From assembly GCF_009914755.1 (NCBI RefSeq), contig NC_060927.1: a stretch of DNA of 64,000 bases; one strand, written 5' to 3'. Position 1 is the first letter of the stretch; the number at the start of each line of letters is the position of its first letter. Both the position numbers and the translations under genes were made by a program. The notes below the pieces were generated by a model. The model saw nothing but the letters and a program-made list of their open reading frames with translations, had not been told where the DNA came from and searched no databases. This DNA comes from the human T2T-CHM13v2.0 reference genome, Homo sapiens. Below are positions 1 through 14,751 of this stretch, piece after piece.

Positions 1-329
1 ATGTTGCAAAATGTATTGCTCTCCTCCTTTCCTGAAAAATGTCCATTTAAACTACACCACAAAATTTTGCATATATTTTTGTAAGACATTTATTGATCCA
101 AGGTATTCTTAAGTATTGGCTATAGGATAAACTATTCTACAGGCTTAACAACACAGACTAGCTAAGTACAAGATTCCATTCTATACCCTGGGGAGTACAA
201 CAATGAATGTACTATGGTCCCTGGCTTTGGGTAGCTAATAGCCTAATTGCGTGTAAAACTCATTGGGAGTAACAGGATCAGAATTTTGGAGCTATTACAG
301 ACAATGTACTGATGAAGATGTGGGTCAGC

Positions 330-420
330 ATATTTTAGTGATTTAACCAATCAAGCTGGAGGTAATAGTAGAGCTGGAACTGAAACCCAGATTCTCTGGT
401 TCTCAGTCAGCATTTTTCCC
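330..420 (-). mobile_element. MIR SINE fragment
   Basis: AGAGCTGGAACTGAAACCCAG resembles the reverse complement of the MIR 5' core; highly diverged. Confidence 0.5.
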
Positions 421-807
421 CTAAGTGTTTATGAGTTCTAGTTATTATTTTTGCTGATTAACTACCATGAATAAATGTGTCTTACCATGAGCTTGTTTCT
501 CTGATTGTCTTCATTTCATTTTGTTTTTCTGGGCTATGTTGAAGAGCATGATTCTACAAGCCAATGATTCTTTCCCTGGCATCTGCCCTTAAGGAGTCTA
601 TGACCTTTCATGTTTCTTAGCTGTCATTTCCTCATGCACACATTGGCAGTTCTATCCATCTTTCCTCACAGATACTTTCTAACCTCTTAATAATTTGATA
701 TTTTTAGCCTCTTGCCAATTTACTCAGTGTGTATATTTTCACTTCACTGACTTGTATCTAGGTTCAAACTCAACCTTTTAAGCACTACAGAAAAAAATGG
801 ACTCAGT

Positions 808-1955
808 CATTCATTTTTCATTCATTATTTCATTTTACAAATATGAATGCCTACCATGTGCCAGGCACAATGCTAAGTGCAGCAGATAGAATTGTGAGCA
901 AATAGTCAAAGTACTTCTTTTATAAAGACTACTGAAGTGGAGGAAAAAGATACACACACACACACGCACACACACACACACGCACACACACACACACCAT
1001 TTCAACTGTGACAAATGCTGCAATAGAAAGATATTCATCCTATGTGAACCTATGATAGGAATATTTGACATTGCCAAGTAGGTCAGAAAAGACTTCTCTG
1101 AGAAAATAACTTTCAGTTGAAATCTGTAGTATGACCAGATGGCAGTTAAGCAAATAGGAGGGGGAAACATGTCTTAAATGGGAGTGGGGATGGGGGAAGG
1201 GCACGTGCATAAACACTGTAATGTGAGGGATCATGGCGAAGGACAGACAAAAGACAAGTGTAATTGTAGGTAGAGTACAAAAAGTGAAGGGCAACTTTAT
1301 CTGAGTTGACAAGGCGGGTAGAAGTTGGAATCTGCAGGATCATGTACAATACGTTAAGGAGTTTCTTAAGCCCCAAAGAAAAGGTAGTCACTGAAGATTT
1401 TAAGCAGGAATTAACAATTTTTATACTAGAAGACAGAGGTTCCAAGGATGACTTCAACAAGCCGGCTTGTGATCCTGGAAGTCTAGTGGTGCTATTTATT
1501 GACCTAGAAAAAAAAATGGACAAAGCACAAACTCTGGGAGAGTGAGGGAAGGAAAATCGTGCATTCATTTTGGACCATGTTAAGTTGGAGATGCCTTTAA
1601 GATACCCAAGATGAGATGTAAAGTAGGCAGTTCATTAAACTAATTTGGAACTCAAAAGAGTATTATGGCCTAGAGATATAACTGTATGACTCAGTTGTGA
1701 CTAGATGATAATTGAATCTGTGAGCTTGGATGAGATCACTTCGGGAGAAAACATCAAGTGAGAAAAGGAGAGAGAGCTGAGGAGCAACCTTAGAGGAATG
1801 TCAACATTTTGTGGCTTGAGGGTAATGAGAATGGCAATAGAGTAGTAGGGAGAGGCAAGGTAACAACAGGAAAACGAGGAGAGAATTGTCTTGAAGCCAA
1901 GGGGAGAGAAAATATCAATGATGTCAGTGTTTATGAGAGATAAGGAAAAGATAAT
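808..1955 (-). mobile_element. L2 LINE, 3' portion
   Basis: Starts with reverse complement of the L2 3' tail (CATTCATT...CCTACCATGTGCCAGGCAC); L2 internal motif GGACCATGTTAAGTTGGAGATGCC at ~1572. Confidence 0.8.
952..997. repeat. (CA)n microsatellite with two CG interruptions
   Basis: Direct reading. Confidence 0.95.
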
Positions 1956-2124
1956 AGGTCATGACTACCTTGTTTCACAAGGAACAAATAAATGGTTTTA
2001 TTGATTCAGGGAATAGTAATGTCTAGCATCAGTCTGACTTCATTTAAGCCTTCATCATCAGACAGTGCCACTAAGGACCAAATGTCTCTTCCTTTCTGCC
2101 TCCTTTGGCATTGGCTCTGTCTTT

Positions 2125-3450
2125 ACTTGTGACAAATTGGATAGGAGATAAGTAATTATGTAATTATATATTGGTGTAACCACTAAGATGAATAATAAAG
2201 AGAAAGAGCAGTTTTGGAGGGAAATTTTTAGTTTAGTTATGGGCATGCTAAGTTTGCAAGATATGCGAAGATCCAAGTGCAGATGTTGAGTACGTAGATA
2301 AAATTAAAGAAACTGGTAAATGAAGTCATGAATGTTCATGGAAGTACCTATGAAAACAAAGAAGGATAAGGGGGCTTAGCATCTGGAATTGAGAGACTTC
2401 AGTATTTAAGGAGTGGGTCCACATGGAATAGTCAATTAATAAGGACCAAAAGTAGCAGTCAAGAAGAAGAAAAATCAAAAGAATGTGATGTCATTAAAGC
2501 CAAGGGAAGAAAAGCATTCAAGAAAGCAGTGGTCAACCTTTGTCAAATATTCCTGAGAATCGAGTAAAATGAGGCCGGGCATGGTGGCTCATACCTGTAA
2601 TCCCAGCATTTTGAGAGGCCTAGGTGGGTGGATCACTTGAGGTCAGAAGTTCGAGACCAGCCTGGCTAACATGGTGAAACCCCTTCTCTAATTAAAAAAA
2701 AAAAAAAAAAAAAAAAATTAGCCACTTGTGGCAGACATCTGTAATCCCACCTAATCAGGAGGCTGAGGCACAAGAATCACTTGAACCCTGGAGGCAGAGA
2801 TTGCAGCGAGCCAAGATCATGCTACCACACTCCAGCCTGGATGACAGAGTAAGATTCTGTCTCAAAAAAAAAAAATTGAATCAAGAATGAGTAAAATATC
2901 TATTTTAATGAGCAACTGAGTACATTGGTGATCTTGTCTGGAGCTGTTTCACTGATACACTAAGGACAAAGGAGGTAAGTAGTGGGAAGGGGGATTAAGT
3001 CAGATTAGAGTAAATTGAGGAGTGAATGGGGAAGCAAGAACTGTGGAGGGCTTGGTTAGCAAAGTAGATAACTCTCCCACAAGAACAGATTGTAAAGAGA
3101 AATAGATAGAGCAATAGCTAAAGGAAAAAGTGGGATACCAAGAGGTGACTTTGTTTGATGAGAAACACCTGGGCATGTTAAAGGATGATAGGAATAATCC
3201 AAGGAATAGGGAAATATTAAAGATACATAAAATGAAGTATTAATAAGTGGGAAAGAATGAAATTTAGAGTACATGTTTTACAAGGTGAGCACAAGGTGAA
3301 AGTTGATTATTAAGTGTAAGAGCTTATTAAAATAATGGCTAATGGGCTCTAGATTGAAGAGAAAAGGTGTGAGGATAAGAAGGGAAAATGGGTAAGAGGT
3401 AAAAAGAAGTGACAATGTGAAGACACCAATGAGACTGACAACAGCTATGG
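2125..3450 (-). mobile_element. Second L2 fragment, interrupted by Alu
   Basis: GGGCATGCTAAGTTTGCAAGATATGCGAAGATCCAAGTGCAGATG at ~2241 covers the same L2 consensus segment as ~1572; purine-rich antisense L2 texture. Confidence 0.7.
2573..2875 (+). mobile_element. AluS (Sz/Sx-like), full length, central linker expanded to A24
   Basis: GGCCGGGC...CTCAAAA dimer; degenerate TSD AGAAT(C)GAGTAAAAT on both sides. Confidence 0.95.
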
Positions 3451-3589
3451 TTAGTGTAATTGAGCACCAGTGTGTAAAGTATGATCTGGTATAACATTAA
3501 TAGCATATGCTAAGCCTGGTATGCAGTGCAGAATTTTTCAAGATTACCAGTCTTCTGAAGGTTACTGGATGGATACATTATTTTCCTGT

Positions 3590-3755
3590 ATATCCATAGT
3601 ATTTTTGTGTCATTATTCTAGTCCTATCACCATATCGTGTTATTGACTGCTTGTGCATGTATCCAGATGAGTAGATTGTGAGCCCCTAGAGCATGTCTTT
3701 GAGCCTACCAAAGTGTTTTATATATAAGAATACTCAACATGTTCAATGGATTGTG
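3590..3755 (+). mobile_element. L2 3' end fragment
   Basis: TAGATTGTGAGCCCCTAGAG...ACTCAACATGTTCAATG resembles the L2 3' terminus. Confidence 0.5.
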
Positions 3756-4199
3756 GTAAAATTTTCCATCTGGCACCTTATCAATAACTGTATTTATATC
3801 TCTGTGGTTAATCTTCAGCTCCCAAATGGTAACAGTAGCATGCACTTGCTTCCATTCTCATCTTCTGGATTGAAACATGACGTATTAAGAACCTGAAGGT
3901 TTTGAAGTAGCATGGTGTTTCCCTTGTTTAAATCTACTTACTCAATACAAATACACTGGGTTGTACCAGCCACTTATGCCTCTTGGACAAAATTAAGTCA
4001 CTGAAAAACAAATTTGAAAAATTATTCTAAAGCATTAACATATAAACTCCCCATTAAAAATATTATGTATTAAATAAAGAGCAAAAAATGTATACACTGA
4101 ACAAAAGTAACATTATCTTAATGTATGTTCTTTTTAAGTTTACTTCATGTTATTTTCAGTTTCCATTCATATTTTCCGTTATTTAATCATAGTATATAT

Positions 4200-4570
4200 A
4201 AAATATTATAGCTTATTTCACTCTTCATTAAATCGTAAAATTATTCCATGTTGCTATATAGTCTTTTATGTCTATCATTTTTAATGACTGCAGAAAATGT
4301 CACTGGGTTGATGCATGATAATATACATGGCCATTCCCCTTTTGTTTGACATTTAGTTTATTTCTATTTTTTCCTCATTATAATAGTTTAACGAACATCT
4401 TTGGGAATATAGTTCTTTCTTGTTGGATTGTTTCCTTAGGATACATACCTATGAGTGGGATTACTGATCAAAATATAAAGACACACATGAAAGTTGATAT
4501 GTTTTCAAAAAAAACATTGTATAATGACACGGTATCAGTGCTTCAAACTCATCTCATCTTTGCCAGCATC
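4200..4570 (-). mobile_element. Old L1M fragment
   Basis: TTCCTTAGGATACATACCTATGAGTGGGATTACTG is a typical antisense L1M 3'-region motif. Confidence 0.7.
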
Positions 4571-4917
4571 AGGTATAAAAATTTTTACTTTAATATATAT
4601 AGAACAGCACCTCTATTTTAATGTACTTGGGCAGGGGTGGGAATTATTTCAAACTCATGTGACTAATCCTCCAAAATTTGAGTACTATGATTGACCCATT
4701 TATATTTTGAGGAATATTAGTTATATCTTATCCATTTGAATTTTCTTTTGGAGAAATTAATACTTTGTAATTTGATCCTTTGATCCATATTTTTTCAGTC
4801 CAGACTTTCCCAATTATTTTAGTTCAGTTATTTTTATTACATACAATTCTACATAAAATATTTTCTTACATAAATTTATACCAAATCCTAATAATAGCTA
4901 TATGTCAGAATAAATTA

Positions 4918-5112
4918 GTAGCTGAGGCTGTGGGCACTGGAGTCACAAGAAACTTGATTTGAAGCCCAACTCTGCCTCTCTAATTGTCCTCCTGGTGACA
5001 TAATCCTCTGGGCTTCCTCATGTGGGAATAAGAATAACAACAGCATGACAGTTGTGTGAGGACTACATATAAAGTATTTAAACATTGTGCTTAACAATAT
5101 TCAGCTATTTGT
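4918..5112 (+). mobile_element. MIR SINE
   Basis: CTGGAGTCA...CTCTGCCTCT...GTTGTGTGAGGA...TAAAGTATTTA follows the MIR consensus order. Confidence 0.7.
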
Positions 5113-5914
5113 TGATTTAGATTATCAGCCAACCCAGGATAACTGATTTTATTTTATTTTTCTCATCCTCCTGTAGATTCACCAAATTTTCAAATTGATA
5201 GTATTTGGGTGGTTTCACAGCAGACATAAAACACAGAATGGTAAAATGTTTAGTAAGAATATTGACCAAATAAATTTCCGTATGAAGTTGGTTTAGCTGG
5301 AAGTGCTGGAAGAGTTGAGGTCATGGCTCACAGGTATCACTGATGTAACACGTAACTCCAACTATTTCTATATTACATTAAAGCAGGGATCCCATTTTAT
5401 CTGGTACATTACATTTGTTGTTTAATAGCATTGGCTGAATATGTCTTCTATTTCTTGTATTGCTATGTAAGGCCATGTTGTGATACGCTGTTTAATTTTG
5501 CTGGGGTTGTATTTTTATATTTGTATATAGAGAAATATCTTATACCTATATAATAGTGTTTCCTCTTTGTGTAGTATAATTCTTCATATTCATCATGATA
5601 CCAAGTATATTTTCTTACATATAATCATATTCTAACAATAACACACATATTTATACTTTACCATTTAAAAATTCATTTTACTAATTTTCATTTTCTCTTT
5701 AATATATGTTGCCTAACTTAAGTAATATGTGTATGAGTGTTATAATCTAGCAATCAACTTCCAAGCTGCTTTCTTTTTTCTTCAAGTGAAATGATTTTAA
5801 CAGCTGATATTTTTTATTATATTTATGATTTTTGAAGTACACTAGCTGTCACATTTGAAAAAAATCTGTTTTGATATTAAACTCAAACATTTGAGGAATA
5901 GAAAACATATAGTA

Positions 5915-6045
5915 TCCTTAATTTATGAGCAAGGAAACTAAGATGTCGCAGCATTAATTGACATTTTGTATGGTCTTATGAATATAAGATGAAATGACTA
6001 GGGCTAGAACTTAGGTCTCTAACCATCAGCTTTATTCTAACCATT
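5915..6045 (-). mobile_element. MIR fragment
   Basis: GGAAACTAAGA...AGGGCTAGAACTTAGGTCTCT. Confidence 0.5.
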
Positions 6046-7289
6046 AACGTGTGCCTTTCTTTGGTTTGGTATAAATATTAACTCCAGGACAGAAGCACTT
6101 TTGTTTCTGAGGATTAAAAGAAAATACTTAATTCTGTTGAGAAACATACCAGGAAGCTTTATCTAAAATAATAGATAAAAAAGTAATTGGATAATTTATA
6201 TTTTAATATTTAATTATTACATATTTGCTTTTTCTTGAGACAAAGAGAAAGAATAAGGCTGACTAAAAAACAGGAGGAAACAATGGAACTCTCCTAGCCT
6301 CTCTAGCATTCTAACTTCACCATGTGTTATTAAATGCTTGGTCCATAGAAATACAGACCTTATAGATAAGGAGCCAGAGTATATCACGGACGTAATAAAT
6401 TTAGAATAAGGGCAGTTAACTCTATAAGGTGAAGGATTATTGATCATTCTGGAGAATATAAAAGTTTAAGAATGAAAAGCAGTGAATGGATTGATGGTCA
6501 CAGCTAAGTACACTCTGTGTCAATTTCTGAGTCAAACTTTTTGTCATATTGGTTAGGTTGATCCAGTTTTCCTTTCTGTGGCTGCTGCTGTGAGTTTCAG
6601 TGAAGACAGTGCAGACATGTACCAGAAACATTTAAGTGCCTTTTGATTGTAGTTTACAGTAAAACATATCAGGCCCAAATTTAGGGTCTTGTGTTACATT
6701 GTGGCTAAAAAAGTTTTGTTGTGTGCCAACATGAAGCATCTCCATACCCAGGTCCCTATCTTAGAAAAGGTACCAATCATTAGACAAATGAGTAGAATGT
6801 GGATAGTCATCTAAAGATCATAGATAGAATGAGTATGATAGAGTTCCACATTTTTTCTCATAAAAAACATTTTTATTCCATTTCATTCTTTTTCTCTCAA
6901 GGAAAAAATACTAATATAGAATAATTAAGTTTAAAAATACAAGTTTTCGAGTTCTTCTGTTTTTTCTTCATTATTTTGGGTAAGTTATCATGTTTCTCAT
7001 AAGTATTGTTAATTTTCTTTTAGTTCACCTTCATATTTGAAGGGCAGCACATTACTTAGTCTTACTTGGGCACTGTCAATTGCCATGTACTAGTCAATGC
7101 CAAATGTCAAATGCCATAAGCTAGAAGTAACTTGTAATTATTTGCAGATAGCATAACTCCAGGATACCCTTTTCTTTAATTTTCCCTAATCAGTTATTGA
7201 GTTGGATATATGGGCTGTAAGTAAAGGAGTACTGATCCCACTGTGCTCAGGAAATGCTTCTGGTCGAGTCCAGCAGACACCCAAAGGAT

Positions 7290-7420
7290 TAGTGCAGAAT
7301 TTCCTTAAACATTTTCCATCCTGAATCAGAGACATGTGTATCCTTGTTTGAAAGGCAGATTCCTGAGTCCATCCCAGACCTACTGAATCACAATCTCTGG
7401 GGCTGGATTCCAGGAACCTA
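7290..7420. mobile_element. MER5-type hAT-Charlie DNA transposon fragment
   Basis: GCAGATTCCTGAGTCCATCCCAGACCTACTGAATCACAATCTCTGGGG is the MER5A core. Confidence 0.75.
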
Positions 7421-7429
7421 ACCTCAGTG

Positions 7430-7822
7430 CTTGTCTCTCTACCTACTCCTTGATCCTTATGCTCCAGCCTCTTGTAGTCTCTGACTCGTGCCCAGTATGT
7501 CTCCATTAGAAAGCCATGCACAGCTCTTCCTTTGCCTGGATCTCTTATTTTCCAACTTTCTCATGAATGGTTCCCCCTCATTCAGGTCTCAGTTCAAGTG
7601 TCACCTTCACGGAGCAGACTTCATAAACTCCCCAAGCTAAAGCAACCCCCATCCTCACCATAACATTTTCTATCACATTAATATGTTTTATTTTTTAATG
7701 TTTAGTGTCTGTCACTTTTTACTAAAATTGAAACTCCACTAGCACAATAGCTTTTCTCTGTCTTATTCGCTGATATATTTGCAGAAGGCACTCCAATACA
7801 TACTTGTGGATTAACTAACTGA
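7430..7822 (+). mobile_element. L2 3' portion
   Basis: CATTCAGGTCTCAGTTCAAGTGTCACCTTC and TCTGTCTTATTCGCTGATATAT are L2 3' motifs. Confidence 0.75.
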
Positions 7823-8620
7823 ATTTTTAAACAAAAATTCAGGTGGCTGTCACATGCCCTCAAATTTGGCACCACAGGGCTAGAGGATGTCTCAGGACGA
7901 CTAGCATATGTTTCTCAATTAAAAGCAAAACAATGTGATGCCCCAGGTGATTTTAATTATCTGGTTAAGTGGCTCTTCTCCGAGGCAAATCAAATCTAAG
8001 GAAACCTCCAAGAGTACTTAGGTATATCAAGAAACCCTGTGACAATGTGAAAGTTCGCTGAGCTGGGATGGGGACCATAGCTTTGGCTCCTGCTTCTGCT
8101 GGCTTATTATGTATTTTCCTTGGGCCAAATAATCAAAGATTATGGACTTCAGAGTTTTGTTGAGATGCTTTACTTCTAGGGGCCTACATATCTGCATATC
8201 TAAAATAAGAGAATGAGACTAGATTAATATTTCCCATACTAGGTTCTACAAAATGCTAATTCATTGAGACCTAAACATTGACTCCCTAGAAATAATGCAA
8301 GATATTTCAAACGCTCATATGGTCAAAAAATTCAAATTATTCTGTCTCTTTCTGTCTTGGAGATTCAAATTACTATGTCTCTTTCTTAATTGGAGATTCA
8401 CAATGCATATTTGCAGTGCTAAAATACTAACAAACTTCCAGGAAATAAATTTGTTCACACTTATTTAACCCAACATTTATCAAACTTATCTAATCACAGC
8501 ATTTGTTTTATCCTGTACAAACTATGAAGTAGTATTCCACAAAATTCAGCATGAGAAGTGCTGAACTAGATTATCTCAATGCTATCTTGTGGTTCTGAGG
8601 GTTAAAAATTGCCTGTTGCC

Positions 8621-8996
<376 letters not shown>

Positions 8997-9471
8997 TCAC
9001 ATCTGCAAAATAGAGAATTATGACGATTTGAAACTCCACTAGCACAATAACATTTCTCTGTCTTATTCACTGCTATATTTGTGAAATAGAGAATTATGAC
9101 AATTTGAACCTTTTTGCTTTCAATGCTGAAATCACTGGTCAGCATTCCCTAGGCTTGGAGTCATTCTGTGTGAGATCAACCCCTTTTTATTAGAGCCTGT
9201 ACCTACCACCTTCTCACTCCATCCAGGCAAGTCCTGGGTCTCAAAAGCTATGCAAATTCTAAGGGATTCAGGCCAAGAGAACTTTTATCTTGGTAGCAGG
9301 AACCCATTCTAGTGCCAGGAGAGAGACTAACAGAAAGCATTTTGGTTTTGTCTATAGAAAATATGCATTGAGTAAACAATACAAGGAATTTTAAAAGCTT
9401 CTCTTTGACCATCACTGGCACAATATTGCCGTACATCAGGTAATTTAAATGATTCTGCACCAGAAAGTTCA

Positions 9472-10572
<1,101 letters not shown>

Positions 10573-13459
10573 GCGTCTAGATGCTGGAATCAAGTCTCTG
10601 GGTCCTGCATAGAAATCTATTCAATTGCCAGCTAAATTCCTCCTTCCAGACTACCAAATGTTTGAGTAGACTCGGGACACGACAGAGCAGGACAGTGAAC
10701 AATCTTCCTCAGACCACTTTATTTAGTTCTTGTGCCCTAGAGTAGCTGGTTTATCTCAAGTCTTGGAGCAGATTTCTTAATGACATTTTGGTGAATCTTC
10801 CTTTACTGTTCTAGTGTATTTTGTTTCAGCCATAATAAGCAGAGACTGGAAGAAATTACAAATATTTGGAAAGATAAAAGGCAATGAAATTACTTTGAAA
10901 CCCACTTTGTACAGCCCTGTAAGCTTGACCAGGCAACATTTTGGGCAAAACTGCCTAGATTTTTAAAGTGGATGTTAGAAACAGGTAATATAGAAAATTG
11001 AAGTGAATCTTCCCTGAAATTACTGCTACCATTACCACTCTTCTTTGAAGACCAGTCTAATGCAATTTATACCTCTTCAGCCTAACACTAAGAGGTCAGA
11101 GCTTTAAAATGGCACTTGTAACAAAGGGAAGAGTCAAATTGTTCTTGTCACTAATTAGTTCAGATGTTATTTCAAATTCACTTTGGCTCTGTTATTGACT
11201 CAAGAAATCAAGATCTGAGGAAATCAACTGTGAGAATGTTACAAACAGGGAAAATTAGGTCACCATTTATGTTTTGCAGCTAGAAAAGGAATTCATTGCC
11301 CATGTTTAACTTCTATTTGGCACTAATCTCAATATAAGAGGGTTGACAAAAATCTGAAAATAATTATAATGTGAAAAATAATAAGGCTTGAATCCAAAAC
11401 TTTGTGAAAATTAGAGCCACTTTTTTCTCTGTTTATAGTTTCTATCTCTTTTGATCCAGCTTACCATAGAATAATAATATCATCATCCACAACACCACAA
11501 TTATCACCATTAACTTCATTTTCACCAATAAAAGTCACTCGGTACCCTTCTGAAACTGTGCAAAGGCAATGCCTAAACCCAGTTCTGCCCTGTAGTTATT
11601 TTTAGTTGTATTGAGAATATGCCATACTGTGGTTCAGTTGGACTTAGCAAATGACTTAATTCTTTTTGGCATTTTTCGGTAAGGGAGACTTACTTCTGAA
11701 TTCTCACTTGTATTGACAACTAATGAAATGGTCAGTTGTAGTCATGGCTTTACTGTCAAATATTCCAAATGCCTTTCCTTATCAATGGCAATATTTTAAA
11801 GTGTATTCTCATTTTATTAAAGCTAGTAGTTTGGTACTCTGATCATATTACTTGAACAATATAAAGATGCATAGCTACATTTTGGGAAAACTCGCCTTTT
11901 TTCTATCACCCAAAATAAAAAGATTCTCAATTACAGAATATGCCCACTTTTAAAATGTAGCTTCATATACAGGAGTACATTTCTTATTTAATTTTCAAAT
12001 ATATAATATATTTGGGGACACAAAGGCCAGTGTAAACAAGAACAAGTCCATGAAATACAACCCGTCTATAATCTAATAGCCCTAGTCAGGGGACTAGAAT
12101 TGGGGCCTAAAGCCATTTTACTTGTCTTTATATAAGAAGAGTTACAACAAAAACCAGACCATTGTTTAAATGCTTTTTCTTTGTATAGATACAGGTTTTG
12201 TGTGTGTTAGATACAAGCTCATTCTACCAAAATAGATGAAGGTACAAAGTTTTTCATTCTTTCTTCTACTATGTTTATGTCATCAACAATCCTTTGTTAA
12301 TAATCTGATTTTTTTAAGGGTTTCCTATAGCCACTACTTTTAGTCCATTTCAGGATGCATGAAGGAAGATAGCAGGTTGCTCAGACCTTAACAGGAAGAA
12401 TAGGGTGGCAAGGCCCTACCTTTTAAGCACGAGGCTGCCTATCATGACTTCTAAGGAATACTGTTTGTCCCAAGAATTATTAATAATGCCTCCTGAAAGA
12501 ATAGCTATGCAGGCAGAAATTAACCTTCTCTCTTCTACTTTTTTTGCTCCCTGCTTAACTTCCCAAAATTCCATACACAAATAGCTATTTTTTTAATCTC
12601 CAAATATTTTTTATCTAGTACTTTCTTCAATTGAATGGATTGATCCTACTTTTTCTTATTAAATGTCCACTTCTTATTCTTCTTGTCTTTAATACCACTA
12701 CTCTCTCCTAAACACCTTATCAACCTCCCTGCCATCTCTACTTACCATCACTGTGATATTATTTAATCCCCTCTCAACCTTGTTCTCTCTTTTTCTGTTG
12801 ACCAATCCACTTTTGTTTTACATACTTAGGATGCTGAAGGAAAGATAAGGTAGGAGAGAACAGCTAGCAGATTGACAATAATTTTGATGAGTTGACACTT
12901 AATTTGGTAAATTCACCAGACTTTGGCTCAGCTAATTTCATTCTGTCACATCTCTCAAGGTTGTCACTCATTAACTAAGCCCACAGAGCTCAAGGGATAA
13001 GGCAGTTGTTATCTCTGAATGAGAAACCTGACAGTCACATCAACTGATAAAACAGCATCAGCATGACTTACACATTCCTTACCATTGGGCAAATCTACAT
13101 GGGAAATCGCATGCTTGTACTCAGAACAATCTAAGTCAGTTTTTTAAAAAGAAGTAATCCTTAGCTAAGAGACCTTGAAAAACTCTTGTCCACTATAAAG
13201 ATAACTTTGACCACAGAATAATAATACTCCAAATCTTTGGCCAAAATTTCCTCTCCCATGGGCAACACTTGAATGTGGAAAGTCAGGGTTTATTTTTCTT
13301 TCTGATGTTTCTTTTTCTATACTTCCATGTCTGAGAAGCCTCCTTTAGGATTAATATATTTTTAAAAAATTCTGATGATGCAGTGAATCAAGTATAGTCC
13401 AATCTAGGAGTCTCCTGTAATGTTAATATGACTTTGTAAATCTCTGATCTCACTCACTA

Positions 13460-13986
13460 TAATAGATGGTGTTCAACAAAAGTAATAGAAAATCTTATTC
13501 ACAGTGGCTTAAACTAAAAGGACATTTACAAAGAAGACTCATGGGTTGCAGTCTTACCGCAGGTGCATCAAGTAGCTTAATTATGTAATCAAAGACCTTC
13601 TCCTCCCACCCTTCCTTTTCCCCGTGCTCAGCATTTTGGCTTCGGTGTTGATGACTGTCATAGCTTCATGTCCTCAGAGAACAGCACACAAACCAAGAAG
13701 GGAGGGAAGGGGCCAAAAGCCTCTCTCATCTCAGAGCACTCTCTTATCAGAGCCATTTTTGCACTCAAGCTCTTCCTTCCCAGTTTACTTCTCTGTGGGC
13801 ATACCTGGATCACCAGCTCACTTACAGACAGATAGAAGAATAAGGTTGGCATATTGGCTCAGAATAATCATGATCCATCCTCAGCAGCTAGACACATTGT
13901 TTTGGGTAGGGATGGATGATGTTGTTGCCTTAGTAAGCAAGAAGTGGGAATGGCTGTTAAATAGACAATCAACAGATATTATCACA
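13460..13986 (-). mobile_element. Old MLT1 (J/K-like) LTR
   Basis: AAGTAATAGAAAATC...CAGTGGCTTAAAC start and TAGACAATCAACAG...ATCACA end resemble antisense MLT1. Confidence 0.55.
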
Positions 13987-14751
13987 CCATACTCTGTTGG
14001 GTGATTATAATAGTCTTAGGCTTTACCCAAAATCTATTGATCAGGCATCTCTGGTGTTGAGGATCTTCATGTAAAACCAAAGGAGAATTGGTTTGCAAGT
14101 ACTTAGGGTGCTAGGCAACCTCACCATTTTCCCCATGTACTGCTTACAGTACCTTTCTCAATCAAAAAGTTCTCTACAAATTCTGTTTGTTGACTATTTT
14201 CTTTATTCTCCTAATCTTGATTGAAGACACTTACAAAAGGGTAAGCCAATAGTACCTCATAGAGAAATACATTTTGTTTGATGCAAACATACTTAAGCTT
14301 GCAACTTATTTGAAATTTTTTGCAAATGAGCATGCAAATTTTATATTACTATATCACTTGCGTAACAATTCCAGTTAACAATCATCTATCTTTTTAAAGT
14401 TTTATTTTTCAGAGGGTCTTAATCTATTTTAAATATCATTTGATGCAGCCAGTATCCTGAAAATTGTTTATTGGCAACTTGATTATTCCATAATTATAAT
14501 GGCAGTTCTAGCAGTATGTGCCTTCTTCAGATAATGTCATCATAATTTAAAGAGAAAATTAGTAAACAACCCACAGCTGTTTTGGTATGAAATGTGCATG
14601 CGTAGTTATGAATATTCATATTCATAAATATTTTATCCTAATGAAAGATATTAATTCTATATTTTAAAAGAAACAATTGTAATGGGTATTAGAATATAAA
14701 ACTACTTGTTAAGATTGTGTTTCATTTTCTTATTAAAACATTTTTTCTAAA

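Noticed and set aside
835-1568. Overlapping ORFs of 79-140 aa
   Set aside because: They lie within a decayed L2 and a CA microsatellite (CVCVCV); no recognisable protein
9008-9108. Repeat-spacer-repeat arrangement resembling CRISPR
   Set aside because: Only two repeats, primate DNA, and the spacer derives from a local L2; explained as a templated insertion
13624-14004. 126-aa ORF
   Set aside because: Non-ATG start, overlaps an old MLT1 LTR, no known domain
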